From the IMG/VR virus record IMGVR_UViG_3300025120_000076, positions 1 to 52,422 of that record: DNA of 52,422 nt; one strand, given 5' to 3'. This DNA comes from a virus. Lineage: Duplodnaviria; Caudoviricetes. The position numbers and the translations under genes were made by a program. Numbering within the stretch: the first letter of the stretch is position 1; each line of letters opens with the position of its first letter. The notes below the pieces were generated by a model. It was not told where the DNA came from, made no database searches, and was given only the letters and a program-made list of their open reading frames with translations. Below are positions 1-6,940 of this stretch, piece after piece.

Positions 1-252
1 CGTAGCTTAATAGGTCAAAAGAAATATGGCGCTACAATGATGCAAGAGATTGAAGGTCAAAAGAAAGATCTTAATAGGTTTATGATAGACGTACAAGAAG
101 AATTGATGGATGCTATATTATACATTGAATCAGCTAGACACTGCTTAAGAGACGAAATAGAAGAAGCTATGTTAAACCGTATGAATATAGTAGGTCAAAA
201 TGGAAATGATGGTTTACATTATATAGAGGTCAATGATGAAGAAGTTTTATAA
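1..252 (+). CDS. 5'-truncated phage protein, possibly MazG-like all-alpha nucleotide pyrophosphohydrolase
   Basis: Frame is open from base 1 (RSLIGQKKYGATMM...). The GxxKYG and QEELMDAILY motifs are typical of small phage all-alpha NTP-PPase-like proteins, and the gene sits in a nucleotide metabolism module. Confidence 0.45.
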   Translation, partial: RSLIGQKKYGATMMQEIEGQKKDLNRFMIDVQEELMDAILYIESARHCLRDEIEEAMLNRMNIVGQNGNDGLHYIEVNDEEVL

Positions 253-688
253 AAAGAAAAAACGAGGACCTGTACAATCAAAAAAAATTACATATGACAA
301 TATAACTTTTGCATCAGGTTTAGAGCGTTATATGTATATGGCTTTGAAAAAAGCTAAGATCAAAGCTTTGTATGAAGGAGAAACATTTGAGCTTCAGGAA
401 GCTTTTGATTTTCCATTTGAATCATTTGAGCGTTGTGGAAATGGTAAAGGTGATTATAAAAATAGAGGTAATAAAAAAATACTTAATATAAAATATACAC
501 CTGATTTTGTTGGTAAAGGTTTTATAATAGAAACTAAAGGCCGAGCAAATGAATCATTTCCACTTAGATGGAAAATGTTTAAAAAGCTATTGACAGAAAA
601 TAAAATAGCTCCATTAACTTTATATAAACCACAAAATCAAAAAGAATGCGACGAAACAATAAGGCTAATCCTAAACTCGCGAAAGTAA
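233..688 (+). CDS. T7 endonuclease I-like PD-(D/E)xK nuclease / Holliday junction resolvase
   Basis: Motifs FASGLE, YTPDF and IIETKG match the phage endonuclease I family. Confidence 0.8.
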   Translation: MMKKFYKKKKRGPVQSKKITYDNITFASGLERYMYMALKKAKIKALYEGETFELQEAFDFPFESFERCGNGKGDYKNRGNKKILNIKYTPDFVGKGFIIETKGRANESFPLRWKMFKKLLTENKIAPLTLYKPQNQKECDETIRLILNSRK

Positions 689-822
689 TTGCTAGACAAA
701 AATATGCCGAAAGACAAATAGATACTTGGTGGAAGTGGAGTTGGAATATAAGAAAAAAAGTACTATACAAAGAGCTTGTAGAAGTACAAAACAAATATGG
801 AATAAAAGTATATGGAAAATGA
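646..822 (+). CDS. small hypothetical protein (58 aa, MRRNNKANPK...YGIKVYGK)
   Basis: Read by hand, below the ORF-track cutoff. Fills the gap in a tightly packed operon. Start is uncertain. Confidence 0.5.
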   Translation: MRRNNKANPKLAKVIARQKYAERQIDTWWKWSWNIRKKVLYKELVEVQNKYGIKVYGK

Positions 823-958
823 AATAAAAAACTGGAGTTTATCTTTTGGTTTTTATCCCGGTATATTACTAGGAATAAGATCTTACAATGAAGACAAACA
901 AGACACACACGTGTTATATCTACCATTTATAGATATAGCCTTAGAAATATATAAATAA
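812..958 (+). CDS. small hypothetical protein (48 aa, MENEIKNWSLSFGFYPGILLGIRSY...LYLPFIDIALEIYK)
   Basis: Read by hand. Its stop overlaps the nrdB start (TAATG), which indicates translational coupling. Confidence 0.65.
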   Translation: MENEIKNWSLSFGFYPGILLGIRSYNEDKQDTHVLYLPFIDIALEIYK

Positions 959-1926
959 TGGGATTATTTGACGAAAGAATACCGTATAAACCTTTTGAGT
1001 ATCCTGAGTACTACACGGAGGGTTGGTTGAAGCAAGCTCAGGCGTTTTGGTTACACACAGAAATACCTATGTCAGGTGATGTTAAAGACTGGAACGAGAA
1101 ATTAAATGAATCAGAGAAAAACCTAGTAGGAAATATCTTACTAGGGTTTGCTCAAACCGAATGTGCTGTGTCTGACTACTGGACACAAAAAGTTGTTGGT
1201 TGGTTTCCTAAACACGAAATACAACAAATGGCTATGATGTTTGGTTCACAAGAAACTATTCACGCAGTAGCATATAGTTATTTAAATGAAACACTTGGAC
1301 TTGAAAATTTTGAAGCTTTCCTGCACGAGCCAGCTACTGCTGATCGGTTTGACAATCTTGTTGCGTATGATGGCAATGAATCAGTCGGTATCGGAAAGTC
1401 ATTGGCTATTTTTTCTGCCTTCGCAGAAGGAGTATCTCTTTATTCTGCTTTTGCAGTATTGTATTCTTTTCAATTGCGCAACCTCCTTAAAGGAGTAGGT
1501 CAGCAAATGAAATGGTCTGTAAGAGATGAATCATTACATAGTAAAATGGGTTGTAGATTATTTAATCATATGTGTGAAGAAGATCCTACGTTATTAAAAG
1601 AGTGTGAGGACGATGTATATTTAGCAGCTAAAACAATGGTTAGTTTAGAAGAAAAGTATATAGATAAAATGTTTGAAATGGGAGATCTTGAAAATCTAAA
1701 AGCAGACGACTTAAAACAATTTATAAGAAAAAGAACTAATGAAAAACTTATTGAACTTGGTTACACAGATAAAAGAAAACTTTTTAAGTATGACTCTAAC
1801 AGAGCAGATAATCTCGATTGGTTTTATCATCTTACCGGGGGCCACACTCATACTGATTTTTTCGCCATACGTCCGACAGACTATAGCAAAGCTAATGAAG
1901 GTGAAGACTTTGAAGACATCTGGTAA
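958..1926 (+). CDS. nrdB: class I ribonucleotide reductase beta (R2) subunit
   Basis: YKPFEYP N-terminus, FW..E motif, metal ligands in AQTE, ETIHAVAY, AEGVSLYSAF and RDESLH, and a C-terminal DFF...TDY. Confidence 0.95.
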   Translation: MGLFDERIPYKPFEYPEYYTEGWLKQAQAFWLHTEIPMSGDVKDWNEKLNESEKNLVGNILLGFAQTECAVSDYWTQKVVGWFPKHEIQQMAMMFGSQETIHAVAYSYLNETLGLENFEAFLHEPATADRFDNLVAYDGNESVGIGKSLAIFSAFAEGVSLYSAFAVLYSFQLRNLLKGVGQQMKWSVRDESLHSKMGCRLFNHMCEEDPTLLKECEDDVYLAAKTMVSLEEKYIDKMFEMGDLENLKADDLKQFIRKRTNEKLIELGYTDKRKLFKYDSNRADNLDWFYHLTGGHTHTDFFAIRPTDYSKANEGEDFEDIW

Positions 1927-2014
1927 AATAAACATAACAGAAGAAGATATATACAATGATCTTAATTGGAGCGGCATGAGAGACCTTGTAAAAGATAAAG
2001 AAGAACTAAAATAA
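1910..2014 (+). CDS. possible tiny hypothetical protein (3' part of ORF 1739..2014)
   Basis: Open frame fills the gap between nrdB and the lipoprotein gene. A TTG start is assumed. Confidence 0.3.
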   Translation: MKTSGKINITEEDIYNDLNWSGMRDLVKDKEELK

Positions 2015-2019
2015 AATAT

Positions 2020-2436
2020 ATGAAAAAAATAATAATTATTGCGTTAACGTTTATACTTACGTCTTGTGGTAGTACTTATAATGTTTCTACTGATTATAGA
2101 ATTAAAAGTATATTAACAATAACAGAAAAAGGAGATACTTTAGCTGTACCAGTTAGAGATTTTAAATTTAGAGTACTTGATAGAAGAATAGAAGAAATAA
2201 TAAATCGTGAATCATTTAGGTATCAATACAGAGGTAATTGGCCAAACTGGAATTACAACTATTACACAATACCTTTTAATCAAGGATATAATAGATCAAA
2301 ACCTAATATTAAACCTAATATTAAACCAATTAATCCATCACCGCCCTCTATTAAACCTAACATGCCTATAAATACGCCTAGAGTTAAACCTATTTCAAAA
2401 CCCAATAACAAGAAAAATGATATACGTCAAAGATAA
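2020..2436 (+). CDS. predicted lipoprotein with proline-rich C-terminus
   Basis: Signal peptide II MKKIIIIALTFILTS-C (lipobox LTSC), and a C-terminal tail of KPNI/KP repeats. Confidence 0.75.
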   Translation: MKKIIIIALTFILTSCGSTYNVSTDYRIKSILTITEKGDTLAVPVRDFKFRVLDRRIEEIINRESFRYQYRGNWPNWNYNYYTIPFNQGYNRSKPNIKPNIKPINPSPPSIKPNMPINTPRVKPISKPNNKKNDIRQR

Positions 2437-2980
2437 TTTTTTACCTAAAAACTTATTTAATTCTTTAATTGAATACGCAGATAAGTTTAAGGAAGTTAAG
2501 TATCCAGATAAATCTTTTTGGGTTAAAGAATTACCAGATGAGTTTAATAAATATATAGTTAGTCAATTAGAAAAATTTGAAGGAAAAAAAATAAAAAATA
2601 TATTATCTTTTTTACGTGAAGCAAAGAAGGGTCAAGATAATGATTGGCGTATACATAATGATACTATAATAAATGGTCAACAACCTGATAGAGCTATAGT
2701 GTTTTTTGTAGATGCTGATGAAGAAGATATAAATGGAACTGCTTTATGGGAACATGTAGATTACGGCCATACTTATATTAAGTCTGATGACAATGAGTTT
2801 AATAGATTATTAAAGGAAGATTCAAACAATAAATTAAAATGGAAATTAAATTCAATAATAGGTTATAAGTCTAATAGACTATTGTCATATCCCTGTGAGT
2901 ATTTTCACAGCAAATATCCTAACGAATATACAAATAGAAGAATAGTTTTAGTAATGTTTTATAAATATGAAGGAAAGTAA
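2417..2980 (+). CDS. 2OG-Fe(II) oxygenase superfamily protein
   Basis: N-terminal DNFL, HxD (IHND), GTALW, NRLLSYP...FHS with distal His, and RIVLVMF with the 2OG-binding Arg. Confidence 0.75.
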   Translation: MIYVKDNFLPKNLFNSLIEYADKFKEVKYPDKSFWVKELPDEFNKYIVSQLEKFEGKKIKNILSFLREAKKGQDNDWRIHNDTIINGQQPDRAIVFFVDADEEDINGTALWEHVDYGHTYIKSDDNEFNRLLKEDSNNKLKWKLNSIIGYKSNRLLSYPCEYFHSKYPNEYTNRRIVLVMFYKYEGK

Positions 2981-3194
2981 ATTATTAGAAATGAAAAATA
3001 AAGTTGAAGCTTTAACAAGAGTTGTTCAACATTTATTAAATGAAATAACCCAAGTAAAAGATCTAGCAATAGGTACATTAGAAACAATTAAAAAAATGCC
3101 TGATTATGAAGAAGCAATCAACGCACTTAAAAAGGATGTGGTTGAAAAACCTAGTGAAACAGAGAAAATTAAGCCCGACAGAAAGACTAGCTAA
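2967..3194 (+). CDS. hypothetical protein, helical/coiled-coil
   Basis: ORF overlaps its neighbours in the operon and has an amphipathic heptad pattern. Confidence 0.65.
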   Translation: MKESKLLEMKNKVEALTRVVQHLLNEITQVKDLAIGTLETIKKMPDYEEAINALKKDVVEKPSETEKIKPDRKTS

Positions 3195-3384
3195 CAGGTT
3201 GGGATATATGGGCACTGCTTTCATGATGACAAGCCCACATCTACTGCCTGATGAAAGAGGTATGATTACATACATAATAGCTGGTATAATATCTATACCA
3301 CAAGTGTTTGTAGCAAAACAATGGAACTTAGTATTTGTTAATTTAAACGTAGCAATAGCCTACATAATATTATATTTTTCGTAA
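3106..3384 (+). CDS. small membrane protein (about 3 hydrophobic segments)
   Basis: Hydrophobic stretches LGYMGTAFMM, ITYIIAGIISIPQVFV and LVFVNLNVAIAYIILYF. Stop overlaps the nrdA ATG. True start may be 3136 or later. Confidence 0.65.
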   Translation: MKKQSTHLKRMWLKNLVKQRKLSPTERLANRLGYMGTAFMMTSPHLLPDERGMITYIIAGIISIPQVFVAKQWNLVFVNLNVAIAYIILYFS

Positions 3385-5081
3385 TGTGGAATAATGAATG
3401 GAAAAAAGGTATTGATTACCCTGAGTGGGGAGATACCGAAGTATATAAAAAAACAATATCAGGAGGATATTTATATCATGAAGAAACACCAAAACAAGCG
3501 TACGAAAGAGTTTCTAAAACAGTTGCGCGAAGATTACAAAAGCCTGAAATGGCAGAAACTTTTTTTGAATATATATGGAAAGGCTGGTTATGTCTTGCCT
3601 CGCCTGTTCTTAGCAATACTGGTACTGATAGGGGTTTGCCTATTAGTTGCTTTGGTATTGACGTCGCTGATTCTATATATGACATAGGAACTAAAAATTT
3701 AGAGATGATGCTACTCGCTAAACACGGCGGTGGAGTTGGTATCGGTATAAATCAAATAAGACCCGCCGGGGCAAACATAACAGGTAATGGAACAAGTGAT
3801 GGCGTTGTGCCGTTTTGTAAAATATACGATTCAACAATACTTGCCACTAATCAAGGATCTGTCAGACGAGGAGCTGCATCAGTTAATATTAATATTGATC
3901 ACGCCGATTTCGATGAGTGGCTCGAAATACGTGAACCCAAAGGAGACGTCAACCGTCAATCGCTTAACCTGCATCAATGCGCTGTTGTTGGCGATAAGTT
4001 TATGCGAAAGCTTGAACAAGGAAATGGAGAAGCTAGAAGACGTTGGGGACGACTACTTCAAAAGCGTAAAGCTACTGGAGAACCTTACATCTTATTTAAA
4101 GGGAATACAAATAAGAATAACCCAAAAGCATACAAAGATAATGGGTTAAAAGTACATATGACAAATATATGTTCTGAAATTACATTACACACAGATGAAT
4201 CACACAGTTTTGTTTGCTGTTTATCTAGTTTAAATTTAGCAAAATATGAAGAATGGAAAAACACTAATATCATTTATGATGCTATCTGGTTTTTGGATGG
4301 GGTACTTGAAGAATTTATCCAAAAAGCTAAAAGTAAAATTGGCTTTGGAAACTCCGTTAGATCAGCAGAAAAAGGCCGTGCGCTTGGGTTGGGAGTATTG
4401 GGCTGGCATACCTACCTCCAAGAAAAAGGATTACCATTTGAAGGGTTATCTTCCCAGTTTGAGACGCGCAGAATTTTTTCTCAGATTAAGATTGAGTCTG
4501 AACGCGCTTCAATGGATTTGGCAGAAATTTATGGAGAGCCTTTGTGGTGTGCTGGAACTGGCTTTCGCAATACTCACCTACGTGCTGTTGCTCCTACTGT
4601 TAGCAATAGTAAGCTCAGTGGAAATGTTTCGCCAGGTATTGAACCGTGGGCTGCGAATGTATTTACAGAGCAGAGTGCAAAGGGGACTTTTATTAGGAAA
4701 AACCCAACACTCGAAAAAGAATTAGAAAAACTTAAATTAAATACAAAAGAAATATGGGACAAAATTTTAGCAGACGGTGGTTCGGTTCAAAATATAAAAG
4801 GTTTAGAAGACTCTACGAAAGAAGTATTTAAAACATTTAAAGAACTTAATCAATTAGAATTAGTAAGACAAGCAGGTATAAGACAACAATATATAGATCA
4901 ATCTGTTAGTTTAAATTTAGCTTTCCCAAGTACAGCAACTCCTAAGTGGATTAATAAAGTACACTTCGATGCTTGGAAAAAAGGTATTAAAACTTTATAC
5001 TACGTTAGAACAGAATCTGTTTTGCGTGGCGACATAGCTGACCATGCCATGAGTGAAGACTGTGTTGCGTGTGATGGATAA
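3384..5081 (+). CDS. nrdA: class I ribonucleotide reductase alpha (R1) subunit, short form without ATP cone
   Basis: SPVLSN, LPISCF, GGGVG, TNICSEI (catalytic N-x-C-x-E), VCCLSS, APTVSNS, DQSVSLN, TLYY and C-terminal CVAC. Confidence 0.96.
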   Translation: MWNNEWKKGIDYPEWGDTEVYKKTISGGYLYHEETPKQAYERVSKTVARRLQKPEMAETFFEYIWKGWLCLASPVLSNTGTDRGLPISCFGIDVADSIYDIGTKNLEMMLLAKHGGGVGIGINQIRPAGANITGNGTSDGVVPFCKIYDSTILATNQGSVRRGAASVNINIDHADFDEWLEIREPKGDVNRQSLNLHQCAVVGDKFMRKLEQGNGEARRRWGRLLQKRKATGEPYILFKGNTNKNNPKAYKDNGLKVHMTNICSEITLHTDESHSFVCCLSSLNLAKYEEWKNTNIIYDAIWFLDGVLEEFIQKAKSKIGFGNSVRSAEKGRALGLGVLGWHTYLQEKGLPFEGLSSQFETRRIFSQIKIESERASMDLAEIYGEPLWCAGTGFRNTHLRAVAPTVSNSKLSGNVSPGIEPWAANVFTEQSAKGTFIRKNPTLEKELEKLKLNTKEIWDKILADGGSVQNIKGLEDSTKEVFKTFKELNQLELVRQAGIRQQYIDQSVSLNLAFPSTATPKWINKVHFDAWKKGIKTLYYVRTESVLRGDIADHAMSEDCVACDG

Positions 5082-5082
5082 T

Positions 5083-5112
5083 AAAAAAGGGGACCTCAAA
5101 TGAGATCCCCTT
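5083..5112 (-). terminator. intrinsic terminator at the convergence of the two arms
   Basis: Minus strand reads GGGGATCTC-attt-GAGGTCCCC followed by T6, and it lies between convergent genes. Confidence 0.8.
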
Positions 5113-5147
5113 CCGTTACAGGAACTTTTGGGTATGGTACGCCCAGT

Positions 5148-5384
5148 TTATTTTGTTCCTTTTTTTCTACCTTTTCTTTCCTTACCTTTTAAAGCATCAT
5201 CAATATCACCTAATTGATTACCTACTTCTTTTATTGCTTTAGCAACGTCTTGTAATTCTTTACTAGTTAGCTTGTATCTTTTTTTAATTTCTTTAACAGT
5301 AGCTATAGCTTTTTCGTCTATGCTTGTTTTACTCCACAGTAAAACCCACACGTCTTTCCAATATTGTTTAGTTAGTTTCCACAT
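5148..5384 (-). CDS. hypothetical protein
   Basis: 78-aa ORF, last gene of the late arm, with an amphipathic Trp-rich N-terminus and a basic tail. Confidence 0.7.
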   Translation of the reverse strand: MWKLTKQYWKDVWVLLWSKTSIDEKAIATVKEIKKRYKLTSKELQDVAKAIKEVGNQLGDIDDALKGKERKGRKKGTK

Positions 5385-5395
5385 ATCTTTTTATA

Positions 5396-5674
5396 TTAAC
5401 ATTTCCATCTGCGTCTAGCAGCTTTACCTCTTTCGCCTGTCCAACCTTTGGATCTAGCACAAAATGATTTTCTTCTTTTAGCAGCTTTGCTACCGGGCTT
5501 AACGTCACCTGTAACAGCTGTTTTTAATTTACTTCCTGGATTTTCTTTTTTATATTCTTTAACACCTTTACTAGTCATACCGGCGCCTTCGTCTGTTGAA
5601 AGAAAGTTTCTACCTTTACCTTTAGTTGTTTTTCTAACTCTAGTGAATGGTGAATTATGTTGTATATATGCCAT
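5396..5674 (-). CDS. small basic protein with MAYxQ..SPF leader and RRKSFCARS...RRRWKC module
   Basis: Leader MAYIQHNSPF and very K/R-rich. The SFCAR module is recurrent in small phage virion-associated proteins. Confidence 0.75.
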   Translation of the reverse strand: MAYIQHNSPFTRVRKTTKGKGRNFLSTDEGAGMTSKGVKEYKKENPGSKLKTAVTGDVKPGSKAAKRRKSFCARSKGWTGERGKAARRRWKC

Positions 5675-5685
5675 GATTAATTATT

Positions 5686-6162
5686 TTATTCTCCACATTT
5701 TTTGCTAGGATCATCTACTCTTCTCCAATCTTCTTTTTCAAACCAATCACGTAATGTAGCTCCTTTTTTTCTAGCTCCTTTTACGTTTGTTTTTGAAGAT
5801 CGTTTATATTTACCACTAGCTCCAGCAGATTTTTTAGAGTTAACTAATTCTTTTTTCTTTTCAGCAGACAAGTTATCTATTTTAGATTTAGGTAAACATG
5901 TTTTAGTTGTGCCTCCGCCTTTTTGCCTAGTTGCAGGAGAACTGCTTTTAGGCACGCAGTTAGGAACTTCTCTTCCACCCTTCATTTTTGTACCTTCTTG
6001 CTTATATGATTTCCAACAGTTGAGTGGTGATTCTTCTTCAATATAATCTTCTATTTTATCAGCTTGCGCAGCATGCATTTTAGAAGCTTTGTTTAATTGA
6101 GTAACAACTTTTTTTAAAATTTTTTTTCTTAAAAAAGGAGAATTAGTTTGTATGTATGCCAT
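5686..6162 (-). CDS. small basic modular protein with MAYxQ..SPF leader
   Basis: Leader MAYIQTNSPF. Internal SPLN and SPA separate modules, including CWKSY..GTK.KGGREVPNCVP and LRDWFEKEDW. Confidence 0.75.
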   Translation of the reverse strand: MAYIQTNSPFLRKKILKKVVTQLNKASKMHAAQADKIEDYIEEESPLNCWKSYKQEGTKMKGGREVPNCVPKSSSPATRQKGGGTTKTCLPKSKIDNLSAEKKKELVNSKKSAGASGKYKRSSKTNVKGARKKGATLRDWFEKEDWRRVDDPSKKCGE

Positions 6163-6347
6163 TATTTTTTACCTTTACCCATTTTACTTGGTCCACCAGC
6201 TTTAGTACATCTTACACCCCAACCAGAAGCGTAGGCGCTTGGCCAAACTTTAAATTTCTTTTTAGCCGCAGCTTTGCAAGGTCCACTTATAGAGCCGTTT
6301 AAAGGAGAACCTAAATTAAAAGGAGAATCGTATTGTTTGTATGCCAT
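6162..6347 (-). CDS. small basic protein with MAYKQ..SPF leader and KFKVWPSAYASG module
   Basis: Begins MAYKQYDSPFNLGSPLN. Its stop overlaps the next start. Confidence 0.75.
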   Translation of the reverse strand: MAYKQYDSPFNLGSPLNGSISGPCKAAAKKKFKVWPSAYASGWGVRCTKAGGPSKMGKGKK

Positions 6348-6349
6348 AA

Positions 6350-6505
6350 TTATTTATTTTTTTTTGATTGAATCCATTTGTCTACAGTATATCCTATTGT
6401 TACTAATAGTAAAAGAATTTTTAAAATCATTTCTATATTTGTGAAAGTGGTGACGCCTAGTGTTACACCGTTTATTACGTAAAGTTTTGCTTGTTGAAAA
6501 TCCAT
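6350..6505 (-). CDS. putative small holin (51 aa)
   Basis: Read by hand: MDFQQAKLYVINGVTLGVTTFTNIEMILKILLLLVTIGYTVDKWIQSKKNK. Hydrophobic segments plus a basic tail, immediately downstream of the endolysin. Confidence 0.6.
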   Translation of the reverse strand: MDFQQAKLYVINGVTLGVTTFTNIEMILKILLLLVTIGYTVDKWIQSKKNK

Positions 6506-6514
6506 TTTTTATTT

Positions 6515-6940
6515 TTATATATTACAATACTCTTCATAAGCGTTAAAACACGGACAGCTTTTCGCTGAAAATTCGTTGTGCCCATGTATCGTTGCTTTTG
6601 GATGTAGTTTTTTTAATACTCTTAATAACTCTAATAAAGTTGCTATTTGATTAGGCGTTCTAGTATCTTTAGCTATCCAGTCTCCATCAGATCCTCTTTC
6701 AGCTTCAACTCCACCAATATAACAAATACCTATACTACCCTTATTGTGATTTTTTACATGAGCACCTGTTTCTGTTATAGGTCTACCATATTCTATCATA
6801 CCATCTAAACCTATTACGTAATGATAACCTATACCTCTCCACCCTCTTTTTTTATGCCATTTGTCTATAGTAGCTGCAGATATCTCTTTACCTTCTTGTG
6901 TGGCAGAACAGTGTATTATTATTTTATCTATTGCCCTCAT
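6515..6940 (-). CDS. N-acetylmuramoyl-L-alanine amidase endolysin (T7 lysozyme / Amidase_2 type)
   Basis: Motifs IIIHCSAT, IGYHYVI, GAHV, SIGICYIGG, IHGH and KSCPCF supply the Zn ligands. Confidence 0.93.
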   Translation of the reverse strand: MRAIDKIIIHCSATQEGKEISAATIDKWHKKRGWRGIGYHYVIGLDGMIEYGRPITETGAHVKNHNKGSIGICYIGGVEAERGSDGDWIAKDTRTPNQIATLLELLRVLKKLHPKATIHGHNEFSAKSCPCFNAYEEYCNI

